A stretch of DNA of 64,000 bases from Treponemataceae bacterium (GCA_963678065.2 CAXXVZ010000003.1:1888001-1952000); one strand, 5' to 3'; counted from the first letter of the stretch, positions 9,512 through 19,585 are shown. Numbers and translations are program-made. Notes: a model not told the origin generated them from the sequence alone.

Positions 9512-10836
9512 ACAGCCATGAAAGCGCTCTACTCGCCGCCATTCTCGATCGCCCCAGTCTCATTGACTCCCTCGAAATCACACCAGGGCTCTTCCAAGAC
9601 TCTGACGCCCGCGCCATCCTCTCCGCGGTCGAATCGTGCCGTAACAATCAGATTGCTTCGGACCTCATCGCCATAGGCGACGCTCTCGGTATTGCAGGGC
9701 GTTCCGAAGCCGTGCAGACAGCCGCAGGCCTATCAGGGACAGGAATGCCGGTCTCCGCTCCATACCATACCGAACAGCTCAGGGAAGCCGCACGGCGCCG
9801 AGGGCTCGAAGCCGTCCTACGTGACGGCATTTCTGCACTAGCCGATCTTTCTCGTCCGACACGCGAAGTCCTCGAATCCATCGAATCAGGCGCGCTTGAA
9901 GCATTTCGGCAAGCCCCTGAGACTGAGCCACGGAGAACGGCCGACCTCATTCCTGACTGGCTTCGCGCCGTAGAGGGCCGTAAGCGTGACCGTGAGGCTG
10001 GGAGGGTGGACGGAATTGGGACCGGAATCTCGGCGCTCGATGGCATTCTAGGGCCGATGCGCCCTGGATCGGTGAACATCATTGCCGGCCGACCAGGATC
10101 AGGGAAGACCGCACTTTCTCTCGGAATCGCCCTGCATGCCGCGGTTGATGAAGGGCTCCCTTCTGCCGTTTTTAGTCTTGAGATGACGAGGGCCGAACAG
10201 CTCGACCGGATCGCCGCTGCTCGGTCCCGGTTTACTCTTGGAAAAATCCGTGGCGGATACCTTCAAGACTATGACTGGACGGACCTCCTCGCTGTCGGGA
10301 ATCGTCTTGCTTCAGCACCTCTCGCCATCTTCGACGGCCCACATGGACTCGGAACGCTTCGGAGCCGGATTCGCCGCGAGACTGCACGAGGATGCAGACT
10401 GGTAATCGTGGACTATCTCGGCCTCCTTGACTTGGGTGTAGGAGGAAGAATCCCGCGGTGGGAGCGCATCGGCGAAGTATCCCGCGACCTCAAGCTTCTC
10501 GCCCTCAATCTTCGGATCGTGATCGTCCTCGCTGTCCAATTGAACCGGGAGGCCGAGGGGAAACCTCCGACCCTCGCCGACCTCCGTGACTCAGGGAGTA
10601 TCGAACAGGACGCGGACAGCGTTCTTCTCCTCCATGTGACAGGCGAAGGCGATCCGCGTCCAGTTCAAGCGAACATTGCGAAAAACAGACACGGGCCGAC
10701 CGGGAAAACCGAACTGTCATTCGATGGGCCACATGTCCGGTTCATTGACCCCGCCTCGCCGATACCAACCGACACCCTCGACCTCGAAACGCCAAACCAG
10801 CCAGGACAACACCCACATAGGGAGGCTAGACGATGA
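9508..10836 (+). CDS. DnaB-like replicative helicase
   Basis: AGRPGSGKT, FSLEM, IVDYL, QLNR, LADLRDSGSIEQDAD, KNRHGPTG. Confidence 0.95.
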   Translation: MNSHESALLAAILDRPSLIDSLEITPGLFQDSDARAILSAVESCRNNQIASDLIAIGDALGIAGRSEAVQTAAGLSGTGMPVSAPYHTEQLREAARRRGLEAVLRDGISALADLSRPTREVLESIESGALEAFRQAPETEPRRTADLIPDWLRAVEGRKRDREAGRVDGIGTGISALDGILGPMRPGSVNIIAGRPGSGKTALSLGIALHAAVDEGLPSAVFSLEMTRAEQLDRIAAARSRFTLGKIRGGYLQDYDWTDLLAVGNRLASAPLAIFDGPHGLGTLRSRIRRETARGCRLVIVDYLGLLDLGVGGRIPRWERIGEVSRDLKLLALNLRIVIVLAVQLNREAEGKPPTLADLRDSGSIEQDADSVLLLHVTGEGDPRPVQANIAKNRHGPTGKTELSFDGPHVRFIDPASPIPTDTLDLETPNQPGQHPHREARR

Positions 10837-11270
10837 ATTGCGGTACTTTTGATACATGTTCAGCCCCACTTTGCCCTCTCGATCCTACCAGCCTGGAAAA
10901 TTCGGTATGGTTTCCGGGAGAGGCGATATGCACCCGACAGGGAACAGAGTTCGCCAAAAAACAGCGGAGGCTCATGAGAAAAGGAATCAAGCACGATACA
11001 TGCTTCACTTTTACAATGATTGAGAGGCTATGGTCCATTTCAGTCGGTACGAGCGGTATCAACCCCGAGTACGAGAAAGCGGAAGTTGAACCTACATGGA
11101 TGAAGAATCATCCGCCAAAGCCCAAAGTGTCAAATGAGATTACCAAACGCCGCAGACAGACCATGGCAAACTTGCTCCTATCGAAAAAGAAGGCGGGAAT
11201 TATCGAGGCTACAGCACCTACCACCCCTTCGGACGTACTTTCTGTGCCTGGACCCGTCGGAGGAGCCTGA
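10833..11270 (+). CDS. Cys-rich hypothetical protein
   Basis: CGTFDTCSAPLCPLD...IC; ATGA-coupled to dnaB; RBS GGAGG. Confidence 0.65.
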   Translation: MNCGTFDTCSAPLCPLDPTSLENSVWFPGEAICTRQGTEFAKKQRRLMRKGIKHDTCFTFTMIERLWSISVGTSGINPEYEKAEVEPTWMKNHPPKPKVSNEITKRRRQTMANLLLSKKKAGIIEATAPTTPSDVLSVPGPVGGA

Positions 11271-11375
11271 AAGCTATATCTCATCACAAAAGGGAGAGGC
11301 TGTCTGACGACTGCCTTGTCCCTCGATTTACTGCGAAGGAACAGTCGATGCTGTTAATGGCATGAAGGAGAGACC

Positions 11376-12017
11376 ATGAACGATTTAATAGACGATAATG
11401 AGCTTTTAGCGCAGCCGCTATCTCGGTCTGAACAGCACTTCGTGGCTGAATACTGCATCAATGGGTACAACGCTACAAAGGCATATCAGTCTGCCCACCC
11501 AAAAGCTTCGCCCGAGACAGCCCGGTCGAATGGATACAGGATGCTGACAAAAGCTCACATCGTGAGAGCCATTGATGACTTTTGTATTCGGTCGGTGGAT
11601 GGCAGGCAAGCGATTCTGAAGAAAAGGATAGTCGATATTCTGGAGGTCCAGGCGTTCTACAAGATTACCGACATAATGGACATAAAGACTGGCCGGATAA
11701 AGATGACCAATGAGGAACTTGAGGCCGCAGGACTCACCGCAGTGATTGAATCGGTCAACGAGAAGAATACCAAGGATGCCAAGAGCATCGAATACCGGTT
11801 CTCCGACAGACTTGCAGCCATAGATATGCTGTGCCGAATTGTCGGTCTCTATGATACCAAACTCACAAGGGGAGGGCTGGGAGAGTCCGAGAATGTTGTC
11901 GGTGTCATTCTTGGAGTCGGAAAGATTCCAATCGAGGAATGGAACGCACGGGGGAGAGCAAAATCAGACGAACTGGCGAGTCAAGTATTGGGGAAATCCG
12001 GACTCCTCAGACCGTAA
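11376..12017 (+). CDS. terS: Terminase small subunit
   Basis: LSRSEQHFVAEYCINGYNATKAYQSA...ARSNGYRMLTKAHI and DRLAAIDMLCRIVGLY match Terminase_2-type TerS; RBS AAGGAG. Confidence 0.8.
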   Translation: MNDLIDDNELLAQPLSRSEQHFVAEYCINGYNATKAYQSAHPKASPETARSNGYRMLTKAHIVRAIDDFCIRSVDGRQAILKKRIVDILEVQAFYKITDIMDIKTGRIKMTNEELEAAGLTAVIESVNEKNTKDAKSIEYRFSDRLAAIDMLCRIVGLYDTKLTRGGLGESENVVGVILGVGKIPIEEWNARGRAKSDELASQVLGKSGLLRP

Positions 12018-12029
12018 AGAGGGACAGCC

Positions 12030-12227
12030 ATGAAAGACCACCGATCACTACAGCCGGGAGGACCAAGTCGAGCGGAAATACTGCGAATGCAGATCATCGA
12101 CGAACTTGCCAATACCCTACCGGTTGCCTTCCTGGTGATACCCGAGACCCGGCTTGACCGCCTTGAGGATAATCTTGACCGGATAATCGGTGCAGCGTTC
12201 CGCGCTAAGGGAACCGCACGCCAGTAA
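12030..12227 (+). CDS. Small hypothetical protein
   Basis: 65 aa with RBS GAGGGA, followed by a terminator. Confidence 0.5.
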   Translation: MKDHRSLQPGGPSRAEILRMQIIDELANTLPVAFLVIPETRLDRLEDNLDRIIGAAFRAKGTARQ

Positions 12228-12247
12228 TAGCTATGCATGAGAGTACA

Positions 12248-12275
12248 AGCTCCGGATCGCTTCGGGGCTTTTTAT
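12248..12275 (+). terminator. Terminator of the terS operon
   Basis: AGCTCCGGA-TCGC-TTCGGGGCT followed by TTTTATT. Confidence 0.7.
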
Positions 12276-12554
12276 TATCATTCCGGATTTCATTAATAAC
12301 AGAATGCCGTGCGTTTTTTCCGTTTCACTCGGACGTGGTTTACTACCAAGAAGGGAACCGGCGCAATTTCGTCCCTGAATAAAAGCCCTCCCAATCGACG
12401 TATAACGGAAGTAAAACACACAGATCCATATCATATCGCATGCGCTCCGAATACAGACTAAAAACGAGTGATCACACTCTGGCTGCAAGTTGAATAATGC
12501 TCTGTTTTCCGGAACTGACCTGATGTATTGTTTACTCATGTGAGGATAGACCAC

Positions 12555-13601
12555 ATGAAACGAATCATTGTAATTCTCTTTGCTTTGTTCTGCACGTTGC
12601 CTTTGGTTGCGCAAGAATGGTTCTTCGACCTGTGCAAGACAGGAAAACCAGAACAAGTTATAGCCGCACTGAAGGCTGGCGAGAAGGTTGATGCCCGAGG
12701 TGGCTACGGCTGGACTCCACTCATGTATGCTGCTGAATCCAACACACATGAGGTGGTCGCCGCGCTTCTGAAGGCCGGCGCAAAGATAGATGATCGGTCA
12801 GTGACCGGCATGACTTCACTTATGTACGCTGCTATGAGCAACAAACCCGAGGTGATCACCGTTCTTCTACGAGCCGGTGCAAATGTGGATGACAGGAGCA
12901 ACAATGGCGGGACCACCCTCATGATGGCTGCCTCATCCAACCATAACCCCGATGTGATAGCGGCACTGCTAAAGGCTGGCGCGAGAGTAGATGACCGAGA
13001 CGATGGCGGCAGAACCTCTCTCGTGAGGGCTGTTTGGATGAATACTTCCGAGATGGTTATGGCGCTGGTAAAAGCCGGTGCAAAGCTTGACAACCGAGAT
13101 GATGACGGCATGACACCACTCAGGTGGGCTTTCACCCCGAACGCGAACCCTGAGAATCTCACTGTTCTTCTGAAGGCTGGCGCGAGGGTAGATGATCGGG
13201 ACGATGATGGCATGACTCCGCTCATGTGGGCTGTTGTGATAAGCAATAAACCCGAGGTGGTCGCGGCGCTTCTGAAAGCCGGTGCGAGTGTGAAAGATCG
13301 TGATGAAAATGGCTGGACTCCACTCATGTATGCTGCTGAATACAATCATAACCCCGAAGTGATTACTGCGCTGTTGAATGCTGGGGCGAATGTGGATGAC
13401 AGAAAAGAGGATGGCGTTACCCCTCTCATGATTGCTTCCGCCAATACGAAGAACCCCGACGTCATCACGACGCTCCTGAATGCTGGGGCCAATGGGAAGG
13501 CAAAGGACAAAGGAGGCAAGACAGCCTTTGATTGGGCGAGGGGCAATGAAAAGCTCAAAGGAACCGACGCATACTGGGCGCTGAACAATTCCCGATACTG
13601 A
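12555..13601 (+). CDS. Secreted ankyrin-repeat protein (satellite cargo)
   Basis: Signal peptide MKRIIVILFALFCTLPLVA; about nine G.TPLM.A...N.PEV...LLKAGA.VDDRD repeats. Confidence 0.9.
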   Translation: MKRIIVILFALFCTLPLVAQEWFFDLCKTGKPEQVIAALKAGEKVDARGGYGWTPLMYAAESNTHEVVAALLKAGAKIDDRSVTGMTSLMYAAMSNKPEVITVLLRAGANVDDRSNNGGTTLMMAASSNHNPDVIAALLKAGARVDDRDDGGRTSLVRAVWMNTSEMVMALVKAGAKLDNRDDDGMTPLRWAFTPNANPENLTVLLKAGARVDDRDDDGMTPLMWAVVISNKPEVVAALLKAGASVKDRDENGWTPLMYAAEYNHNPEVITALLNAGANVDDRKEDGVTPLMIASANTKNPDVITTLLNAGANGKAKDKGGKTAFDWARGNEKLKGTDAYWALNNSRY

Positions 13602-14076
13602 GGCCCACGGCCTTTCTTGATAGTATCTACATATCGGCTCGCGCCTCCATTCAACGCGCTATAGGTTGCATGCTGAACGCAAGGCCGCGCGTATGAAAAA
13701 CGTCTGATTTACTGCGACGGAACTGCCACAACAATGAAAAGAATTGAGGTTCGAGTATGAAACGACAGACAGGAAGGCAATGTCCTTACATCATAAAAAA
13801 GAGTTATCCGACTCATATGTGCGGACGATGGAATGGCGCTGTCCTGACAGAATAGCCTTGTGTTTTTTCCGTTCCGCCCCGGACGTGGTTTACTACCAGG
13901 AAGGCAATCGCTGAGATTCCACCCTGTAATCTACAAGGCGGGTTTGCCCCATAGCGAAGTTATTCCGCCCCTATTTGGGCATTCTACGGGATACATGGCC
14001 GTCTTTGTCTGCCTGAATCAATCCTGAGGCGATAGCGCGAATCCATATAATACGTGGTTATACGACGCCGTTTTTA

Positions 14077-14102
14077 CTATGAGATAGAACTATGAGATAG
14101 AA
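14077..14102 (+). repeat. Tandem arm-type integrase-binding sites, right end
   Basis: Two perfect copies of CTATGAGATAGAA. Confidence 0.7.
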
Positions 14103-14216
14103 AGCAACACGATATAAACTTTCTTGACATAATACAGTATGCAATAATATTGACAGACATCGATTTAGGGTTTAGGTTAATACGTAACGACATAGTGTGA
14201 AATGTTAATTTTCAGT

Positions 14217-14258
14217 CTCGTAATGCGCAGGTGTCGGGTTCGATTCCCGATCTCGGCT
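14217..14258 (+). repeat. attR, duplicated 3' part of tRNA-Thr
   Basis: Identical to 4692-4733. Confidence 0.95.
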
Positions 14259-14422
14259 GATTGGCAGAAGAATGGAATCCCGCAGGAAACACCGATTCGC
14301 GCCGACAACTAAGCCTTGCCGGCCAGCTTCTCTTTCCTTTCAACTTTTTCCAAGAAACGGTCCAGATCGACGATAGCCCGCAGGTGATCGATGGCGTCGC
14401 GCGAGGCTTCTGTCGCCTCGGC

Positions 14423-15355
14423 TCATCCGCAGATCGTGGATCTACCTCCATCGTCCGCCCCGCGCAACAGGGAAAAAAACGGCACAGTGTACCGGCGCGT
14501 GCGAATCATGTCGAAGAAAATTTCTACCACTTCAGGATCAAACTGTCTTCCGCTGCAGCGGCTGATTTCCGCCACTATGTCCGAAGGCAGCATGGCCTTG
14601 CGGTAAGGTCGGTTGTTTATCATCGCGTCGATGCTGTCGGCGAGAGCGAGGATCCTACTCAGGAAGGGAATCTCATTTCCCCGCAGGCCGGGGGGATATC
14701 CGGCGCCATCCCAGCGCTCGTGGTGGGCTACGACGAAGTCCGCGAGCTCCGAGATGCCGCAGATTGACTGTATCAGCTTGTACCCGATCGCCGGGTGACG
14801 CCTGACCTCCTCCCACTCCTTGGGGCCGAGCGAGGTTGGCTTGAATATAATCTCATCGCTGATGCCTAGCTTCCCGACATCGTGCAGTATGCCCAGAGCG
14901 TTGAGGATCAACAGATCCCTCTGGGGCAGCCCCATCATCTTGCCCAAGTCCACACAAGCTTCGCTCACGCGGAGGGAGTGCGAGAGAATCGCGGGGAAAC
15001 GGCCCTGCAGGGCCTTGGTATAGGCGTAGACCGAATACATGTCGTCGAGAACTTCGAGCGTACACTCTTTTATGTCGAGCAGGCTCACCACCTTTGTGCA
15101 ATAACCCAGGAGGGCCACATCGCCCAAAGGCCCCGAGCCCCCAGTGTTAGTCAGGGCCTCCATGATCGCGTTCATCTTGATGATATCGACCTCGCGCTTT
15201 ATCCGAGCGGCGAGCCTATCGACGCGGGCATCGGTGCCCTGTATCGTCTTCTTGGGCTGGCAAACCACGTCCTCGCTGTTCGCTCCGCCGGGTTGCTTTG
15301 CGTCAATACACATGGCAGCTTCCTTCTCGCAATACAAAAAATGCCGTCGCATCAT
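14423..15355 (-). CDS. HD-GYP domain c-di-GMP phosphodiesterase
   Basis: HSLRV, LHDVGK, HHERWDGAGYP, ADSIDAM, RPYR. Confidence 0.9.
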   Translation of the reverse strand: MMRRHFLYCEKEAAMCIDAKQPGGANSEDVVCQPKKTIQGTDARVDRLAARIKREVDIIKMNAIMEALTNTGGSGPLGDVALLGYCTKVVSLLDIKECTLEVLDDMYSVYAYTKALQGRFPAILSHSLRVSEACVDLGKMMGLPQRDLLILNALGILHDVGKLGISDEIIFKPTSLGPKEWEEVRRHPAIGYKLIQSICGISELADFVVAHHERWDGAGYPPGLRGNEIPFLSRILALADSIDAMINNRPYRKAMLPSDIVAEISRCSGRQFDPEVVEIFFDMIRTRRYTVPFFSLLRGADDGGRSTICG

Positions 15356-15358
15356 TCC

Positions 15359-18040
15359 TCACTGGCCGGCGCATCCGCCAGCGCCGGTTTCCGACGTATC
15401 GTCGAAAGGCCTATACTCGAGGTCGGCCCCATCGACATATCCTCCATTCTGGGGAATATTGACCACTCTCGTTATGTAGGCGACCTTCTCGTCTGCGCTC
15501 TTCTTTGTGATACGGACTGTGTAAGGGCCGACCTTCAGGGCGGAGAAAACATAGTACCCATCGTAAGCCGAGCGGACCGATCCGATCACCGCGCCGGAAC
15601 TGTCAAGCAGCTCGACGCGGGCGCCCGCCAACTCACGCCTCACGCCCCCCTCCACGGCCCATATCGTGCCGGAGACCTCCCCCGTGATCCAAACGGGGAA
15701 ATCCAGCCGCGCGGCCGTGCCCGGATGGAGCACGCAGCTCAGGCCCTTGTCGGCAGGGACGAGAAGAAGATCCTCGAGCGTCGTCTCGTCGACCTCCACG
15801 TTGAGCGGCAGATTTGCGGACAAACCGCGTAAAAACGCGTTGCCCTTCGCGTCCGTCAACGACTCGGCGCCGCTATCGTTCACGATAAATCCGACGTCCT
15901 TGAGAGCATCTTCACCTTTATCCCATTTTCTGTTGTAGTTCGCGTCGAGGTAGACGCGGGCCGCGATGGAGCCTTGCCCCGCTCCGCTCCGCGAATCCAC
16001 AGCGATGGCTCCGCTCTTCGAATCGAAGGCGATACTCGTCGAAATCGATAAACTTACCGAAAACGCGTTCCGTGTCGTCCAGGTTCCCGTGAGGCCTAGG
16101 CGCAAGGGGCTCACATCCCGGTAGAGCGAGATGGACGCGGAGAGAAGATCGGAGGAAAGCGAATACGTGGCTGCTCCGGAGACTTTAACCGACAAGAATG
16201 GGCCGGCTTCCGCCGAAAAGGATAGGCTCTCGATCGCCGCTTCGGGATAGATGTCGTAGCCGCAGGAGGCTTCCAAATCCACTTCCCCAATCCGCGCGTT
16301 GGCCGTCGTCGATCCATCTGCGTAAAGTACCTGCGATGAAGGCCCATAATAATGACGGGAAAGGTTTAGTTCATTTCGGAGACGGATGGCCCTATACGAG
16401 TTATAGTTTCGCAAGGCAAAAAGATCGTATCGGCAACCTTCCCTGTACAGCGTCGATATCCAGGAGGAAGAGAGGGAAGCATAGAATTTATCCATTTTCA
16501 AACTTAATCCGTCGACGCGCAGAACGCTCCGCGTTTGGTAGGGCGGATCGCTCGATGAGGCGTTCGCCTTTTCCCATTTATCGTCGTAATAGGTACCGCG
16601 CCATGAGAGCCCAAGGCCAAGGAGTTGGGTGCGCAAGCCGAGGTCGCCGGCGAACCCTGAATGGCGCGCATCGTAGGCTGCCGATACGTCGAACTGGAGG
16701 CGGCTGAAATATCCAGCCATTCCCGCTTGGACATGGAGGTTACGACCGTCGGGAAAGACACCAGAGAGCGCCGACGACGAGAACGTGAGGTATTTCGAAA
16801 GCCCGTAGGTTGTCTGGAGGGCGAACTGTCCCCCCTCTTCCTCGGCCGTGGCTGAAGCCCGGTAGGATAAGGTACCCGGCGGCGTCATGTTCGATCCCAC
16901 GTTGTAAATATGTTCCTCGGTCTTCTTCTGACCGAGAGGGCCATGGAACTCGAGTCTGAGCAAGTTGGTCCCGAATACGAGGGGGATATCGGCGAAGGTA
17001 TAGGTACCGCTCGCGTCCGCCTTCCTAAAGTCGAGATAGGAATCGTTCCGGTAGAGCTCCACGTCCCAACCTGAGAGAAGAGGCCCCGAAAGCGTCTGGA
17101 GATCGAAGTAGGAGGGGCTCGTGAGAGCATAGTTCCCGACCGAAGCGCCATAACCCGAAGCCGAGGCGCCCAAGAGGGAGGGAAGAACTGCCGATACCTT
17201 GCCTATGGAAAACTCCGTTCCGCCCAGGGAACCGAAAAGCTTGCCGTCGGGGTCCACTCTGCGGAGCACCCCATAAAGGCTGGTGGGAACGAAGTTCGAG
17301 CCGTCCAGCTTGCCCGCGACGGAGAGTGAGCCGCTCATCCACAGGAGGTCGCCCGTCAGGAGGGCGCTGTAGGTCGGTCCACTCAGGCTGACGCCATTGC
17401 CGCTGGATGAAGAATACAGCGAAGCCCCGACCGAAAAATCGAGGTTGAAGCCATCGAGAAAGCGGTAGGGGTTCGCCGCCCGAGGAAAATATGATCGTTC
17501 CTCGACACCATAGCGCGTGGTCTTGCCGCCCCGCTGCTCGCGCTCGAGACGGAGCTGGATAGGGAGTTTCGTCCGCGGCAGGAGGACGACGGCAGCGTCG
17601 TAGCGGTCGGCCTGAATGGGGATGCCGAACCATTCGGAGAGGAGGGAAACCTCAACATAGATGTCGTCGGGGTGGGCCACGATGCGCGCCTCATCGTAGA
17701 GGCCGCGCTCACCCGCAACCCGCACGCTCCGCGAAACCATGTCGAGGGAAAATGCATGCGCTTCGTCCCAGAGGTAGCCCGAGGCTGTTCCTCGCCCGGG
17801 ATCGACGTCGAGACCACACTCGATAAGGCGGCAGACCGTCCCTAGCGGAATAAAGAGCCCCCGCTCCGTCACATAGGTTTCCAACTCTTGGGAGAGCAAC
17901 TCGCGATCGACGTTTAGGGAGCAGAGAAGGAGTTCGTCCTCGTTGGGCGCGATGAGTGTAAAACCCAGTGCTTGGGCCCCGATGCGCGGAAGAGAGCAGA
18001 GAAGAACCAATGCATAAACGGCCACACACCATCGCCTCAT
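15359..18040 (-). CDS. Fimbrial usher-like outer-membrane protein
   Basis: 893 aa with signal peptide; VELYRND...GTYTFADIPLVFGTN...GPLGQ plug-like motif; beta-rich; C-terminal Ig/carboxypeptidase-regulatory-like domains; operon context. Confidence 0.7.
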   Translation of the reverse strand: MRRWCVAVYALVLLCSLPRIGAQALGFTLIAPNEDELLLCSLNVDRELLSQELETYVTERGLFIPLGTVCRLIECGLDVDPGRGTASGYLWDEAHAFSLDMVSRSVRVAGERGLYDEARIVAHPDDIYVEVSLLSEWFGIPIQADRYDAAVVLLPRTKLPIQLRLEREQRGGKTTRYGVEERSYFPRAANPYRFLDGFNLDFSVGASLYSSSSGNGVSLSGPTYSALLTGDLLWMSGSLSVAGKLDGSNFVPTSLYGVLRRVDPDGKLFGSLGGTEFSIGKVSAVLPSLLGASASGYGASVGNYALTSPSYFDLQTLSGPLLSGWDVELYRNDSYLDFRKADASGTYTFADIPLVFGTNLLRLEFHGPLGQKKTEEHIYNVGSNMTPPGTLSYRASATAEEEGGQFALQTTYGLSKYLTFSSSALSGVFPDGRNLHVQAGMAGYFSRLQFDVSAAYDARHSGFAGDLGLRTQLLGLGLSWRGTYYDDKWEKANASSSDPPYQTRSVLRVDGLSLKMDKFYASLSSSWISTLYREGCRYDLFALRNYNSYRAIRLRNELNLSRHYYGPSSQVLYADGSTTANARIGEVDLEASCGYDIYPEAAIESLSFSAEAGPFLSVKVSGAATYSLSSDLLSASISLYRDVSPLRLGLTGTWTTRNAFSVSLSISTSIAFDSKSGAIAVDSRSGAGQGSIAARVYLDANYNRKWDKGEDALKDVGFIVNDSGAESLTDAKGNAFLRGLSANLPLNVEVDETTLEDLLLVPADKGLSCVLHPGTAARLDFPVWITGEVSGTIWAVEGGVRRELAGARVELLDSSGAVIGSVRSAYDGYYVFSALKVGPYTVRITKKSADEKVAYITRVVNIPQNGGYVDGADLEYRPFDDTSETGAGGCAGQ

Positions 18041-18925
18041 GCTTTTTCAGCCTCATACACACTGTCTTACCCGACGCCCTCACTCAGGCATTAATTACCT
18101 ACTCATTCGAAACTCAAGTATTTTATCCATCAGATAAGTTCTACACATATTCTTGTTCTTTTATGGTATGGGAATTTCCGCGCTCGCAAGGACAGGAATG
18201 ACTTTCCCCTTAGCGTTGTAGGTATCCAGATAGCGAAGCCGAAGCGTCCCCCCATGAAAAGTATCAACAAGCTCGGGGGGCAGGCTTATCGGAAAGTTTA
18301 CAATTCTACGCTTGTTGGTCGCATATACAGTGAGCCCTTTCTTTTTTTCTAAAATAATGGGAACTTGTCCTGGCTGTATGTACTCGACCACCAAGTCTCC
18401 ATACAGCGACTGATTACCAGCGCGTTCAATCACAAAACTGAGTGTTCTGTTTTCCGGATTTAATCCAGGAGCCAATGTAATACCAACTATAGAAGCGGTC
18501 ACGGCAGTGGCCCCAGACCTGATGATAACGGGGACTGCTATGCCATATATGGGGGTTAATTTGATACGTAGTCCTTCTTCATCTTTAGAAGAAGCTGCGT
18601 CGCTCGCTGTGTCCGGTATAACGCTCACGACGAGATTCGAGCGGTACTCCCCATCAAGGAGGTCCGCAGGACGCAAAAACTGAAGCCTTACAATCTGCTG
18701 CATTTTGGCCCCAAGCGCAATCCTTTTAGGAGTTACCCGGAGAAATTGATCCGCAAAACAATCATCAGGCCTCGCAGAGTCTGCTCTTACCAGTTCACCC
18801 GTCTCCGACATTCTAAAGTTTACGAAACTGACTGAATATGTTTTTTGGCTCGTGCTAGGATTTATAATGATAAGCTCGGCAATACGACTGCGTCCTTCAA
18901 TCACTAGTCTAGTAGTCTGTAACAT

Positions 18926-19585
18926 CTAAATCTTTTCATCGATAATTGGATATAGACGTCTCAGTTTCGTTCTTGCGTCATGCGTTGTGAATTGCCAATC
19001 AACGCCGCGCTGATTTTTATTCCTGCTCACATACCAGCTCGCAAGTTCAGAATTAAGATCATCGAGACAATCGATTTTCCTTTTTGCCAAACACTGCCGA
19101 CCAAGCGCAGAGAGTTCAATTTCGGCAATATTCAGCCAACTTCCGTGCTTTGGTGTGTAGTGGATTTCAAGTCGCTGGGCCAGCTCGAACGCTTTCCGTG
19201 GCGGAAATGAGTCGTATAACGATGAAACACCATGGGTATTCAAGTTATCCATTACGAGAACAATCTTTTCTGCTGTTGGATATTCAACCATGAGGAGTTG
19301 TTCGATATAGTGTGCCCAATCAATCCTGGTCCGATGTTCTCGAGCATCAGTGTAGCGCCAGCCCCTCAATGGTTCGGTAAAGAGAAAAATACTACAGGTC
19401 CCTTTACGGACATATTCGGAATCTTGTCGCTCCGGTTTTCCCTTTCTCATAGCGATATGTTGCCGTCGATCAGCCAATAGCTGGATCGGCTTCTCATCCA
19501 TGCATACCACTGGACGATTGACGTTATAAGGCCTGCTATATACTTCCAGAACATCTTCCATTGCGGCAACGAAACGACCATTGGG
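18926..19585 (-). pseudogene. IS630 transposase DDE part
   Basis: [30 protein letters not shown]. Confidence 0.9.

Larger units (their letters stand above)
4692..14258 (+). mobile_element. Integrated PICI-like phage satellite (about 9.5 kb)
   Basis: Identical 42-bp repeats at 4692-4733 and 14217-14258; contains int, xis, rep, dnaB and terS; no structural genes. Confidence 0.85.

Noticed and set aside
12390..12490. PIN-toxin remnant (DPYHIACA)
   Set aside because: Only a short motif-like peptide with nearby stops; too weak to call.
4734..14216. Complete prophage or ICE
   Set aside because: No recognisable capsid, portal, TerL, tail, lysis, relaxase or T4SS genes between the att sites.
14217..14258. 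Second tRNA-Thr gene
   Set aside because: Only the 3' 42 bp are present; this is attR.
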